64,000 bases of DNA from an uncultured Candidatus Saccharibacteria bacterium. Its GTDB lineage: Bacteria; Patescibacteriota; Saccharimonadia; Saccharimonadales; Saccharimonadaceae. A program made the translations under genes and the position numbers. The stretch covers positions 17,571 to 81,570 of the forward strand of contig CAUTJK010000002.1 of NCBI GenBank assembly GCA_963538815.1, in the 5' to 3' direction. This document shows positions 21,095 to 31,126 of this stretch, one piece after another (within the stretch, counting starts at the first letter, position 1; every line of letters begins with the position of its first letter). The notes beneath the pieces are model-generated. The model made no database searches and was not told the DNA's origin. It was given only the letters and a program-made list of their open reading frames with translations.

Positions 21095-22327
21095 ATGGTA
21101 CAGAGTGACACGGCGAGCGCGAGCCGCTCGAAATATGACTATGATGAACCAAAAAAGCTGGCTATCTCGCAGCTAACGGCCTTGCTCGTGGCGGTGCTGC
21201 TACTGGGGGCTGGCTTTGTGGCAGGGATGTACGCCGACAAGCTCTATGCGGCGATTGCACCAGTCTTTGGCTTCAAGGTATCGGCCGATAGCATTGACCT
21301 GAGTAGTGTGCAGCAGACCTATCGCAAGCTCAAAGCAGAATATGATGGTAAATTGGACGATACGAAGCTGATCGATGGCGCTAATCGTGGCCTAGCTGCA
21401 GCTACTGGCGACCCTTACACTACCTACATGGACAAGCAAGAGACCGAGCAGTTCGACCGTAGCCTCAATGGCGAAGTGAGCGGTATTGGTGTGGAGATTG
21501 CATCACGGGGCAACCATCCAACAGTAGTGCGCGTCGTCGATGATTCACCAGCAGCCAAAGCAGGCCTGCGGGCCGGCGATATCTTCCGCAGTATTAATGG
21601 CCAATCGGTGGTGGGGCAGAACTCTGAGGTGGTGGCAAGCAAGGTGCGGGGTGAGGCCGGCACAACCGTCAAGCTGGTGATGCAGCGCGAGGAATCGACC
21701 GAGGAGTACACCATCGTCCGGGCCAAGGTAAGTGACGCCAGTGTGCGTAGCCAGATTCGCGACGGCGTGGGTATCCTCACCATTACCCGATTCGACGACC
21801 AAACTGGCCGACTCGCGCGCCAAGCGGCAGAGCAGTTCGTTCAGCAGGGGGTACGGGCTGTGGTGCTCGACCTACGTGACAACGGTGGCGGCTATGTAAC
21901 GGCTGCTCGCGAGGTCGCCAGCCTGTGGCTTGAGAACAAAGTCGTGGTGGTAGAGAAGTCTGGCGACGTCGTGCGGGATACCGTGCACAGTAGTGGCCAG
22001 GCGCTGCTCAAAGGAATGAAGACAATCGTCCTCGTCAATGGTAACAGCGCCAGTGCCAGCGAGATTGTAGCGGGGGCACTGCACGACCATAAGGCAGCGA
22101 CATTACTCGGCGAAAAGACCTTTGGTAAGGGCACCGTGCAGCAGCTATTTGACCTACCTGACGGCCGCAAGCTCAAGATCACTGTGGCGCGTTGGTATAC
22201 CCCAAATGGCCGCAATATCTCGCAGGGCGGCATTGCACCAGATACTGAGGTCAAAATGAGCACCGATGATCGCAACGCTGGCCGCGACCCACAGCTCGAT
22301 AGCGCCCTGCAAAAGCTCGCAGAGTAG
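21095..22327 (+). CDS. ctpA: S41 family C-terminal processing peptidase with PDZ domain
   Basis: N-terminal TM helix, PDZ (GIGVEIA...VVRVVDDSPAAKAGLRAGD), catalytic region NGNSASASEI and FGKGTVQ. Confidence 0.9.
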   Translation: MVQSDTASASRSKYDYDEPKKLAISQLTALLVAVLLLGAGFVAGMYADKLYAAIAPVFGFKVSADSIDLSSVQQTYRKLKAEYDGKLDDTKLIDGANRGLAAATGDPYTTYMDKQETEQFDRSLNGEVSGIGVEIASRGNHPTVVRVVDDSPAAKAGLRAGDIFRSINGQSVVGQNSEVVASKVRGEAGTTVKLVMQREESTEEYTIVRAKVSDASVRSQIRDGVGILTITRFDDQTGRLARQAAEQFVQQGVRAVVLDLRDNGGGYVTAAREVASLWLENKVVVVEKSGDVVRDTVHSSGQALLKGMKTIVLVNGNSASASEIVAGALHDHKAATLLGEKTFGKGTVQQLFDLPDGRKLKITVARWYTPNGRNISQGGIAPDTEVKMSTDDRNAGRDPQLDSALQKLAE

Positions 22328-22406
22328 ACATATATCCAACAAAATGCAAACAATTGTTCGCCAAAAGTATTGTATTTGCCTTGTATCTACGCTACCATAA
22401 AGGCAT

Positions 22407-22793
22407 ATGGACAGACGAAAGAAAATTCTCTTGGTAGAAGACGACACCGCGCTGCTGGCAGTGTATCGCTCGCGGCTCGAGCTGGAGGGCTTTGCGGTGA
22501 GTGAAGTGCACAATGGTGAGGATGCGCTCTCGGCAGTGGTCGACGTTCGGCCCGATCTCATCTTGCTCGATGTAATGATCCCCAAGATCAGCGGCTTCGA
22601 CGTGCTCGATATCTTGCGCAACACCCCAGACACTACCAACGTCCGCGTTATCATGCTGACGGCGCTGAGCCAGCCCAAGGACAAAGAGCGGGCCAAGCAG
22701 CTGGGAGTGGATGACTACCTCGTCAAGTCGCAAGTGATGATTGGTGACGTAGTGGCCCGCATTAAGTATCACCTGGGCATGAGCCAAGAATAA
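22407..22793 (+). CDS. Single-domain response regulator (receiver only)
   Basis: KKILLVEDD...DLILLDVMIPKISG...LTA...K pattern of CheY-like receivers. Confidence 0.85.
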   Translation: MDRRKKILLVEDDTALLAVYRSRLELEGFAVSEVHNGEDALSAVVDVRPDLILLDVMIPKISGFDVLDILRNTPDTTNVRVIMLTALSQPKDKERAKQLGVDDYLVKSQVMIGDVVARIKYHLGMSQE

Positions 22794-22884
22794 CAGAGGC
22801 CAGAGGGCTGTCGAACAAAGCGTGCAGCGATCCCTTGCTTCTGAGTGATTTTTCTTCAGCATTGTTTCATGGTATTATAAAAAG

Positions 22885-23475
22885 ATGACGGAAAAATATT
22901 CGGCATCACTCCCACCACGGCAGCCTGAGTACCTCTTGACCCAGCCAATCACGACGGACGGCACGCCAAAAGAGTGTGCAACTCATCCCGATACGCACAG
23001 TATTCCCAAGCGCGACGATGTGCCGCAGCATCTGTGGAATGTCTTGCGCAGCAGCGGTCAGCTCGACGAAGGGTGGATTGATAGAGAGATTATCGACAAG
23101 GATGGCACGGTGCTAGTGCGGATGACCAAGCTAGTCAACCGAAGCAATATCCACCAGCTCGAGAAATGTGTACCGCTCGCGGTGCTGCAGGAGCAAAACA
23201 TTGACTTCACTAATGCATACCTGCAAAGAGCCTATGGTGTGATGATGGAGGATGGCAAGCTGCAGCCCGTTGCTGATACCACTCATACTACTCACCAGAA
23301 TGACTCAACTGATGAGCAAGAAACAGAGGTAATGCCTGCTCAAGGAGGCGATACGTATGAGCATCTCAGTGGGGATAGTGCGCGCCAATTAGTGGGGAGT
23401 GTGGCAGCAAAAGTGAGCGACGGAGAAGTGGATAATAGCCCACTGGTGCGGCGGGCGCTTGAGCGTATAAGATAA
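22885..23475 (+). CDS. Hypothetical protein
   Basis: ORF with normal composition; TATTAT box just upstream. Confidence 0.55.
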   Translation: MTEKYSASLPPRQPEYLLTQPITTDGTPKECATHPDTHSIPKRDDVPQHLWNVLRSSGQLDEGWIDREIIDKDGTVLVRMTKLVNRSNIHQLEKCVPLAVLQEQNIDFTNAYLQRAYGVMMEDGKLQPVADTTHTTHQNDSTDEQETEVMPAQGGDTYEHLSGDSARQLVGSVAAKVSDGEVDNSPLVRRALERIR

Positions 23476-23664
23476 TACGCGGCTTATTCCAAAAGGCAGC
23501 AATAACTGGAATCACTAGTGTCAAAGCCCTTGCTTCTCAGGCGAGAGACTGGCTGAAAATGATGAGTATGTGTCGTTCATAGCTGTAATACAAAGCATGC
23601 CATTGCTAAGTAGTACGGGCGGCGCCTATCGATAGCAAGCACCGAGTTCGCTCGGGTTACCATC

Positions 23665-23699
23665 AAAATAAGAAAACCACCTCGATCATGAGGTGGTCT
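23665..23699 (-). terminator. Rho-independent terminator of rpmA
   Basis: Minus strand reads AGACCACCTCATGATCGAGGTGGTTTTCTTATTTT. Confidence 0.8.
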
Positions 23700-23718
23700 T
23701 GCGTGCGCTATAAAACAC

Positions 23719-23997
23719 TTACGCTGCGCTGACGCACACCTGGGTGCGTGGCTGGGTCTTGCCAGTGAAGGTAGACTTCTTGACCTTCTTGAAGCTGACA
23801 ACACCACTGTGAGCGGCGTGGATGGTGTAGTTGCGGCTCATGTATGTGCCAGGGCCAGCAATCTTCGTAGCGCCCGTCTGGCGGACGAGGACCTCACCAG
23901 CATTGACCTGCTGGCCACCGAAGCGCTTGACGCCAAGGCGCGCCCCAGCGTTATTGTGGACGTTCTTGCTTGAGCCACCTGCTTTGACTTTTGACAT
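23719..23997 (-). CDS. rpmA: 50S ribosomal protein L27
   Basis: KAGGSSKNVHNNAGARLGVKRFGGQ...G.ILVRQ consensus; AAAGGAG RBS. Confidence 0.95.
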   Translation of the reverse strand: MSKVKAGGSSKNVHNNAGARLGVKRFGGQQVNAGEVLVRQTGATKIAGPGTYMSRNYTIHAAHSGVVSFKKVKKSTFTGKTQPRTQVCVSAA

Positions 23998-24189
23998 ATC
24001 ACTCCTTTAGCTAATATAAACAATCTATACGATTATACGTGAGGGCGTGGGCGAAGTCAAGCGGCGAGAGGATGAGATCGCACCATCTCGCTGCGTGGCG
24101 CTTGCTTTGGCGGCCGCGCCGGCCAGGCAGATATTGGCCAGCTGGCGCTATGGTGGTATAATAGGTGCACTACCAAATACAATAACGAT

Positions 24190-24549
24190 ATGAAGAAGGG
24201 AGTGATGATGGAAGGACGATATGGAGGAATGGGGTGGGATAATGATGCATCCCCAGTCGGTGGCTTGGACCTGGAAGAAAATTTGGGGGAGATAAGAAGA
24301 GAGATACGAGAAGCTGGTGGCTCCACTGCAGAGCGGGCAGCAGGGCTTTCACCTGAGCAGCTTGCTCAGGCGGGTCAGACCCTAGAAGAGGCTCGACGGT
24401 ATTTTCATGGGGGGCTTGATGCCTTACATGATTTTATGCGCACGCTTTCTCCTGAGCAGCAAGCAGCGCTTCACCAAGGTATAATATCTTTATTTGAAAA
24501 AGCTGCCGACAAGCTGCAGGCCACAAAGGGTGCAATCACTCCACAATAA
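24190..24549 (+). CDS. Hypothetical small protein
   Basis: TACAAT ends 7 nt before the ATG; a terminator follows. Confidence 0.55.
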   Translation: MKKGVMMEGRYGGMGWDNDASPVGGLDLEENLGEIRREIREAGGSTAERAAGLSPEQLAQAGQTLEEARRYFHGGLDALHDFMRTLSPEQQAALHQGIISLFEKAADKLQATKGAITPQ

Positions 24550-24587
24550 ATAACTATCAAAAAGTTTCTCACTACCAGAGTGGTATA

Positions 24588-24627
24588 AAGAACCTCAGCA
24601 TGATATACCTGAGGTTCTTTGCTTTTT
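24588..24627. terminator. Hairpin terminator between convergent genes
   Basis: AAAGAACCTCAG / CTGAGGTTCTTT stem followed by GCTTTTT. Confidence 0.75.
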
Positions 24628-24694
24628 GTAACTGTTAGCATGCAGAAGAAATACATGCCTGCTGGATGACCAGAATGAGTTTCACTCCCCAAGG

Positions 24695-25906
24695 TTATTT
24701 CATTACTTCCATCACCAACAACTCCCGCGCTACCACTTGGTTCTCGCGGTAATAACAGAGGTCGGTGGGGCGAATATGCTGGAGTGGACGGCGCTGGTAT
24801 CCCAGTTGCTTTAGCTGGGTGATGAGTGGCAGGTGAGTAAACTGCCCGTCGCTGCCGCGCCAAGCCGGCACCGCGATGACTAGTGGTGTGCCAGAGCGCA
24901 GCTGGGGGTGAAGATTAGTGAGAAAATGGCTGATGATATGGTTGCAGGTGGTACGCACAGCGCTAAGCTTGGCCGGAGCGGGTGGGGCAGAGAAGGGCTG
25001 GCCTAGGTATGTCTCACAGACAACGGCGCTGAGCTGCTGGGCAAGTGGCCACTGATGGGTAGTGGCATCGGCTTGAGTAACGCTATGCACCGCGCCAGGA
25101 GCAGCCGCAGCAGAGCGGTGCTGCAGCCAGGTGAGGTTCTCGCTGGTGTAGCTGACCATCTTGGGGTTCAGATCGCTGCCGCACACATCGTAGCCCAGGA
25201 GGAGTGCCTCTTGCAGGACAGTGCCAGTGCCGCAGAAGGGGTCAAGCAGTATAGGGCGCGGCGCTGGCTGCTTGGCGGCGAGAGAGGATTGCACCAGTGG
25301 CTCAGTCATATTGACCATCATGCGGGCGAGCTTGGGTGGCAGCATACCGACGAAGGCGTCGGTGCGCGGGCGAGCTTGGTCGCGTGCGGCCAGGGCAGAA
25401 ATGTTTTGCGCGCCAACACTCTCCGCCACAATAACCCGTCCATCCTGGGCTCGCACCACCAGCAGCTCAATGTGGTGGGACGAGCGACCAAGCTTGTTGT
25501 GGTGGCTCGTGGCAGTATTGAGCGCTGGAGCGGCGTTGGGGATGAGACGTAGGCTCGTGCCAGAAGCGCGCAGCTTTGCCTTGAGAATAAGGCCGGTCTT
25601 TTGCACCTCGCGGGCGGTGGCAGAGAAGCCATAAGCACTCATGCCCAGCGTAATCTTGTGCGGCGCGCCCTGCCACTGCGCGCTATAGTGGCGAACGATC
25701 TGCCGGCTCACCGCCAGCCAGTTACCGCGCAGATCTAACACCACCCGGCCCGCCTTTTGGCTGCCACCTAGGCGCTCAAAATCGAATATATCAGAGGTAA
25801 TAGTAGCGGCCTGCGCGCCAAACCAACGTACCGCCGCCGCGCCATACAAACACTCCAGCTCCGCCACACCCAGGGCCGGCTGCCGGCCAAGAATTGCAAT
25901 ATACAT
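24695..25906 (-). CDS. SAM-dependent RNA (guanine-N2/Trm11-like, UPF0020-type) methyltransferase
   Basis: Motif I LDPFCGTGTVLQEA and an N-terminal THUMP-like region. TATACT ends 7 nt before the ATG at 25906. Confidence 0.7.
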   Translation of the reverse strand: MYIAILGRQPALGVAELECLYGAAAVRWFGAQAATITSDIFDFERLGGSQKAGRVVLDLRGNWLAVSRQIVRHYSAQWQGAPHKITLGMSAYGFSATAREVQKTGLILKAKLRASGTSLRLIPNAAPALNTATSHHNKLGRSSHHIELLVVRAQDGRVIVAESVGAQNISALAARDQARPRTDAFVGMLPPKLARMMVNMTEPLVQSSLAAKQPAPRPILLDPFCGTGTVLQEALLLGYDVCGSDLNPKMVSYTSENLTWLQHRSAAAAPGAVHSVTQADATTHQWPLAQQLSAVVCETYLGQPFSAPPAPAKLSAVRTTCNHIISHFLTNLHPQLRSGTPLVIAVPAWRGSDGQFTHLPLITQLKQLGYQRRPLQHIRPTDLCYYRENQVVARELLVMEVMK

Positions 25907-26000
25907 ATGCCTAGTATAGCGCAAAAGTGGGTAAGAATGGAGGGAATAAGCAACCGGCCCGAGAATTGACAAGAGCGACCAGGAGGCATATCATACGCCT

Positions 26001-26549
26001 ATGACATCATATTATACAATAGCTCGCCTTCTCACCTATGATGACAGGCGTTTTGTCGGTATGGGGTGGGAGATTGATTGGCCATGGATTCATCAACCTG
26101 ACAACCCGAAGAGTCCCTACCTGTCATTTGGTGACCCACGCTGCCCATGGGCGATTGAGGTTGGCGTCTGCATTACCCCGCGCGATAAGTCAGTCCGTGA
26201 GAAGATGGACATCTCCCCTAATCATGATGTTGGCGTGGGCACGACCGAGCCAGGGCGCTATATCCTCACCGTGTGTTCCCAGTCATTCTTGGATGACCCT
26301 GCTGGTGCAGAGTATTTTGATGGCGACCCAGTTACACCACTAGTCATGCCTCAGCTTGACTTCGTCGAGATAGCAGCATTTGTTGAAGCAAAGCTTGCCA
26401 AATACCAGCATGTTCCAACAGTCGATAACCCATTCGGCACCGACAGAGAGTTCTATGAAGCGACGAAAGACTGGTTGTACGACACTGAATACGAAGAGTG
26501 GACGGCTTATGAGGCGACGATTGCGTGCCCGGCGAGTATGCTGGAGTAG
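26001..26549 (+). CDS. Hypothetical protein
   Basis: ORF with normal composition; no motif recognised. Confidence 0.55.
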   Translation: MTSYYTIARLLTYDDRRFVGMGWEIDWPWIHQPDNPKSPYLSFGDPRCPWAIEVGVCITPRDKSVREKMDISPNHDVGVGTTEPGRYILTVCSQSFLDDPAGAEYFDGDPVTPLVMPQLDFVEIAAFVEAKLAKYQHVPTVDNPFGTDREFYEATKDWLYDTEYEEWTAYEATIACPASMLE

Positions 26550-26584
26550 CTGCAGTTAACCTCGTGGTATAATATACCGTAGCT

Positions 26585-27658
26585 ATGCAGAAATATATCA
26601 AAAAAATGAAACAGCTGTCCTTCCGCACCTGGCTGAGTATTATGACGTTTGTGCTGATTGCCTTGATTCTATTCTTGTCGCGGCACGAACTTCTCCAGGC
26701 GTGGCATTTGCTACAGCAGGTCAATATATGGGTCTTGATTGCCGTCTTCCCAGTGGCGGCGTTGGGGTATTTAGCGGCGGGTGAGATGATCTTCTCATAT
26801 CTGCGGCAAAAGGGCTTCGTGCGTGATGTGAGCCCTTTTGCCCTGATGCGCTTGTCGCTGGAGCTAAACTTCGTCAACCACGCCTTTCCCAGTGGCGGCC
26901 TGAGTGGTATATCATATGCCAACTGGCGCTTACGCAAATACGGCGTCTCGACGGGGCGCGCGACGATGGCTCAGATGGTGCGCTATGTCATGGGCTTTGT
27001 GGCAGTGGTGCTGTTCCTTGCAGTGGCGGTGGTAATAGTGACGATCGATAGCGGAGTGAACCGCTGGATTATCCTGATGAGCGGGGGGCTGGTGTTTTGC
27101 TTGACGATGATCACGCTACTGGGGGTATATTTGCTGACGAGCCAGCGGCGGCTCCACAAGGCGGCGCATCAGGTCACGCTGACAATCAACGGCTTCGCGC
27201 GGCGCATCCTGCGGCGCACAAAGCCAGTGATGGACGAAGCTGCGGTGCGGCGCTACTGCGATGACCTCCACACCGACTTCCTCGAGCTGCGGCGCGACAA
27301 GAAGCTGCTGTGGCAGCCCTTCGTCTGGAGTATTGTCTTTACGATTATGGAGATTTTGCCCTTCTGGATGACCTTCCAGTCGCTGGGGGTATCAGTTAAT
27401 CCTGCATCAATTCTCATCGCTTATGGTGTGGCCACGACAATGGCGGTGGTCGTCGCTACCCCTGGTGGAGCTGGTGCGTATGAGGCGGTCATGGTGGGGA
27501 TCTTGGCACTCTCGGGTGTGAGCCAGGGCCAAGCCATCGCTGGGACGATGCTCTACCGCGTGATTGCTATCGTTACCACACTGGTGTTTGGCTATGCATT
27601 TTACCAACTAACTATCATGCGCTATGGACGCGACAAACCTCCCACCACTGAGCGTTAG
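26585..27658 (+). CDS. Integral membrane protein, UPF0104/lysyl-PG-synthase-TM-like family
   Basis: About 8 TM helices; the N-terminal pattern resembles the flippase-like UPF0104 family. Confidence 0.6.
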   Translation: MQKYIKKMKQLSFRTWLSIMTFVLIALILFLSRHELLQAWHLLQQVNIWVLIAVFPVAALGYLAAGEMIFSYLRQKGFVRDVSPFALMRLSLELNFVNHAFPSGGLSGISYANWRLRKYGVSTGRATMAQMVRYVMGFVAVVLFLAVAVVIVTIDSGVNRWIILMSGGLVFCLTMITLLGVYLLTSQRRLHKAAHQVTLTINGFARRILRRTKPVMDEAAVRRYCDDLHTDFLELRRDKKLLWQPFVWSIVFTIMEILPFWMTFQSLGVSVNPASILIAYGVATTMAVVVATPGGAGAYEAVMVGILALSGVSQGQAIAGTMLYRVIAIVTTLVFGYAFYQLTIMRYGRDKPPTTER

Positions 27659-28742
27659 CGACTTCCTTGCCTGTGCGAGCCAGGTACTGGAGGGAGCATT
27701 TCCGGTACTAACGGTCGAGGGCGAGGTGGCTAGTATGGCAGTGCGCCAGGGGAAGTTTGTCTTTTTTGACCTCAAGGACGAGACAGGCAGCGTGAGCTGC
27801 TTTATGATGGTGTGGCAGCTCCGGGTGGCGCTGGAGGATGGCATGCAGGTGGCGGTGCAAGCCGTGCCCAAGCTCACGGCGCGCGGCAAATTCAGCCTGA
27901 CCGTGCAGCAGGTGCGACCAGTCGGGCAGGGGAGTATTAAGAAAAACTTCGAGCTGCTGCGCCAGCGCCTTGGCGCGGAGGGGCTCTTTGCTCCAGAGCG
28001 CAAGCGGCCGGTGCCCGAGTGGCCCGAGCACATTGCTGTGGTGAGCAGCCCCCAAGCGGCAGGCTATGCCGACTTTATGACGATCATTGGCCAGCGCTGG
28101 GGTGGTATGCAGGTCGATGTCTATGCAGTGCCAGTCCAGGGTGCTGGCGCAGCCGACCGGATCATCCGTGCCATTGAGCGCTGCAACCGCCAGGCAACCG
28201 TGCCGCAGGTGCTGGCGATTGTGCGCGGTGGTGGCAGCGCCGATGATTTGCAGGTTTTTAACGACGAAGCACTGGTGCGGGCGATTGCTGCAAGCCGCGT
28301 GCCAACGGTGGTCGGGGTAGGGCACGACACCGATGAGACACTGGCCGACCTTGCCGCCGACGTCCGGGCTGTGACACCAACTAACGCTGCTCAGCTTATC
28401 ACACCTGATGCCACGGCAGTGCAAGCGCGGCTAGCCGAACAGTTACAGGCAATGAAGCAGACGATTATCGCCACAGTAGATGATGAGCAAGTAGCGGTGC
28501 AGCATCAGCTGGCCGAGGCTCGAGTGAAGCTAGCCAGGCAGCAGCAGGTACTCGAGCAGCAATGCACAGCACTGCAGGCCCGGCTTCGGCTGTATAACCC
28601 TGCAGCAACCCTAGCGCGTGGCTATGCCCTCGTGCGCGGCCAGGCCGCCGTCGGCCAGGCGATCACCATCGAGCGATATAGCGATATGATAACAGCGGAG
28701 GTAACCCATGTCGAACGCAAAACAACCACCAAAACCAGCTAA
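27624..28742 (+). CDS. xseA: Exodeoxyribonuclease VII large subunit
   Basis: OB-fold N-terminus (VEGEVAS...FFDLKDE), IAVVSSPQAAGYADF, IVRGGGSADDL, GVGHDTDETLADLAAD. Confidence 0.9.
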   Translation: MDATNLPPLSVSDFLACASQVLEGAFPVLTVEGEVASMAVRQGKFVFFDLKDETGSVSCFMMVWQLRVALEDGMQVAVQAVPKLTARGKFSLTVQQVRPVGQGSIKKNFELLRQRLGAEGLFAPERKRPVPEWPEHIAVVSSPQAAGYADFMTIIGQRWGGMQVDVYAVPVQGAGAADRIIRAIERCNRQATVPQVLAIVRGGGSADDLQVFNDEALVRAIAASRVPTVVGVGHDTDETLADLAADVRAVTPTNAAQLITPDATAVQARLAEQLQAMKQTIIATVDDEQVAVQHQLAEARVKLARQQQVLEQQCTALQARLRLYNPAATLARGYALVRGQAAVGQAITIERYSDMITAEVTHVERKTTTKTS

Positions 28743-29127
28743 AACAACTACCACGCCCAATGCCAGCACTCGGCGCACTTCATCAGCTCCTCGGGCCAAG
28801 CGCGCCACGCTGAGCGATGACGACCAACTGGCAATGGCCCTTGCAGCAGAGGGAATCACGCCGGATTATAGTCAAACGAGCAACCCGTCGGTTGACTCAT
28901 CAACATCGCCACAACCTGACCAGCAGAGCAATGCAGATAACCGTTCACTACGTGAGCAGATGGAACAGCTGGAGGAGATCTTGGCATGGTTTGACAGTGA
29001 TGAGTTTGAGCTCGAGGCGGCGGTAGAGCGCTACCAGCAGGCAGCACGCGTTGCCGAGCAGATCGACCAGCGCTTGAGAGAGATCAAAAACAAAGTAACC
29101 ATCATCACAGAGGACGCAGCCGCCTGA
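28708..29127 (+). CDS. xseB: Exodeoxyribonuclease VII small subunit with ~70-aa low-complexity N-terminal extension
   Basis: C-terminal helical hairpin LEEILAWFDSDEFELEAAVERYQQAARVAEQIDQRL. It overlaps the xseA 3' end by 35 nt. Confidence 0.75.
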   Translation: MSNAKQPPKPAKTTTTPNASTRRTSSAPRAKRATLSDDDQLAMALAAEGITPDYSQTSNPSVDSSTSPQPDQQSNADNRSLREQMEQLEEILAWFDSDEFELEAAVERYQQAARVAEQIDQRLREIKNKVTIITEDAAA

Positions 29128-29636
29128 TGATGTGGTGGGCACTGTTGGTCATCATCCTGCTGTTTTGCGTGACGGCGCTGACGGGGGCACCCTATGTGCC
29201 ATCGCACCACCGCGATGTGCAGCAGGCGCTGACCAAGCTCTATCGCCTTGGGCCAGAGGATTGCTTGGTAGACATGGGCTCGGGCGATGGCGTTGTCTTA
29301 AAGATTGCCCGCCAGCAGGGCGCACGGGCCTTTGGCGTGGAGCTCAACCCGCTCCTCGTCTTGCTCTCGCGCTGGCGCTTGCGTGGTGATACTAAAGCGA
29401 TGGTGGTGTGTGGTAACCTCTACCGCACGAATTTTCCAGCTGGCACCACAGTGGTCTACACCTTTGGCGACTCGCGCGACATCGCTCGGATGGCTGCCCA
29501 TGTGCAGCAGCAAGCCACCCACCTGGGCACAGATCTATGGTTCATCTCCTACGCCTTCGCCGTGCCTGGCTGGACGCCAGTGCGCGAGCAGGGTGCGCAT
29601 AAGCTATATCAAGTGCGAGCAGAACAGCACAAATAG
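29127..29636 (+). CDS. Class I SAM-dependent methyltransferase with N-terminal TM helix
   Basis: Motif I VDMGSGDGVV; TGATGATG overlap with the xseB stop. Confidence 0.7.
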   Translation: MMWWALLVIILLFCVTALTGAPYVPSHHRDVQQALTKLYRLGPEDCLVDMGSGDGVVLKIARQQGARAFGVELNPLLVLLSRWRLRGDTKAMVVCGNLYRTNFPAGTTVVYTFGDSRDIARMAAHVQQQATHLGTDLWFISYAFAVPGWTPVREQGAHKLYQVRAEQHK

Positions 29637-29681
29637 CATCCCGCTCTTGTCTATCGCCCCAGGCATAAGTATAATAGGGAT

Positions 29682-30347
29682 ATGACGAAGCAATCTTACA
29701 AACGACGAAGTTTTCTTAGTGGTAGCACCTTTGCCATTATCGGGCTGGCACTGCTGGTGGTGCTCTTTGGTGGGTTTTCGGCCTGGGCCTACACTAACTA
29801 TACCGAGGCCAAGAGCAACCTCGATAGCAAGATTACCGCGGCACAAGCTGAGGCCAAGAAGACGCAAGCAGACGAAGACGAGAAGAAATTTGCCGAGCGC
29901 GAGAAGCAGCCTATGCTGCAGTTTGTTGGGCCAGATGACTATGGCCGCCTAACTTTTGATTATCCCAAGACCTGGAGTGCTTACCAAGCCACTGATGTGA
30001 GCGAGGGTGGTGGCAAGACATATGAGGCGTACCTCAACCCCCGTGTCGTGCCACCAATAACAGATACGCAGAAGATTGCCATTCGTATCAGCATTGAGCA
30101 AAAGATCTACGACAAAGCGGTGGCCGACTACGACAGCCAGATTAAAAAAGGCGAGCTGAAGTCGAGCGCCTGGAGCAACGACAAAGGCCTGACAGGCACG
30201 CGCCTAGAAGGGAACTTTAGCAAAGACATCCGCGGCACCGCAGTAGTAATCAAGATGCGCGACCGGACGCTCACGGTGCGGACAGATGCCGACGTATTTA
30301 ATAACGACTACGAAGCCCTGATAAAAACCATTAAATTTAACGAATAA
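29682..30347 (+). CDS. Membrane-anchored hypothetical protein (PsbP/DcrB-like pattern)
   Basis: One TM helix then a soluble domain. TATAAT ends 7 nt before the ATG. Confidence 0.6.
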   Translation: MTKQSYKRRSFLSGSTFAIIGLALLVVLFGGFSAWAYTNYTEAKSNLDSKITAAQAEAKKTQADEDEKKFAEREKQPMLQFVGPDDYGRLTFDYPKTWSAYQATDVSEGGGKTYEAYLNPRVVPPITDTQKIAIRISIEQKIYDKAVADYDSQIKKGELKSSAWSNDKGLTGTRLEGNFSKDIRGTAVVIKMRDRTLTVRTDADVFNNDYEALIKTIKFNE

Positions 30348-30388
30348 ATATAGAACATTGCGACGATCTGTGCTACAATGCAGCTGGT

Positions 30389-31126
30389 ATGAGCACGGAG
30401 GGGAATGCGGTTATGATGAGCGGCGCTTCCTGGGGGGAGGCGTCGCTCTTTGTTGCGGCGGCACACGACCTCAAGTCGCCACTGGCGCTGCTGCGGCAAT
30501 TGGCGTTGAGCTTGGAGGCTGGGGGGCTGTCGCCCGTCGAGGTGGCCGAGCTAGCCCGGCGGATGGCACTAACCAGCGAGCGGGCCTTGCGCCTCACTAC
30601 CGACTTAACGCAATCCACCCGTCTCCACGAGGAGCTATTTGGCATCGAGCCGCTCAACTTGGCATTGGTGGCGCGCGACGTTGTGGCCGAGCTCCAACCG
30701 CTCTATGCCGCCAAGGGGCGTCGCCTAGCGGTACGTGTGCCGCGGCGGGCAGTGGTAGGTCTCGGCAACCGCGACCTCCTGCGGCGCGTTCTGTGCAACT
30801 TCGCCGACAACGCACTCCACTACAGTGGCGAGGGCGACGCACCTGTGGTAGTGCGACTCTCCCGGCGAGCTGGCGGCCAGGTAATCCGCCTGGCGGTACG
30901 CGACTATGGTCCAGCCATTCCGCCATCGCTCTGGCAGCAATTGGAGCAGCGCCTTGGCGTCAGCGCGCAGCCGCTGCACAACCGGCCCGGCAGCAGTGGC
31001 CTCGGGCTCTACATTGCAGGGCAGTTTGCCAGTGCGATGGAGGCGCAGATTGGGGCAGTTCGGCACCGCGATGGCGCGACCTTCTACATCGATCTCCAGG
31101 CGGTGTATCAACAGAGGTTATTATGA
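30389..31126 (+). CDS. Soluble histidine kinase core (HisKA + HATPase_c, no sensor or TM domain)
   Basis: H-box AAAHDLKSPL, N-box NFADNALHYS, G1 RDYGPAIP, G2 GSSGLGLYIA. Confidence 0.85.
   Translation: MSTEGNAVMMSGASWGEASLFVAAAHDLKSPLALLRQLALSLEAGGLSPVEVAELARRMALTSERALRLTTDLTQSTRLHEELFGIEPLNLALVARDVVAELQPLYAAKGRRLAVRVPRRAVVGLGNRDLLRRVLCNFADNALHYSGEGDAPVVVRLSRRAGGQVIRLAVRDYGPAIPPSLWQQLEQRLGVSAQPLHNRPGSSGLGLYIAGQFASAMEAQIGAVRHRDGATFYIDLQAVYQQRLL

Noticed and set aside
20633-21152. Two long minus-strand ORFs (135 and 144 aa) encoding SISISI/LYLYL low-complexity peptides
   Set aside because: They stay open only because the minus strand here is almost G-free and so cannot form TAG or TGA. They have a TTG start, no RBS and a non-protein-like composition.
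22832-23538. Direct repeat CCCTTGCTTCT(G/C)AG flanking the 22885-23475 gene
   Set aside because: The exact match is only 11 nt. By my estimate about 10 such matches within 700 bp are expected by chance in a 64-kb window.
30358-31122. 385-aa ORF 30358-31515 that fuses an Arg/Ala-rich N-terminus to the response regulator
   Set aside because: The upstream 765 nt are an alternative frame of the histidine kinase gene, kept open by high GC. The kinase frame has all the H, N, G1 and G2 boxes. The regulator starts at the ATG at 31123, which overlaps the kinase stop.
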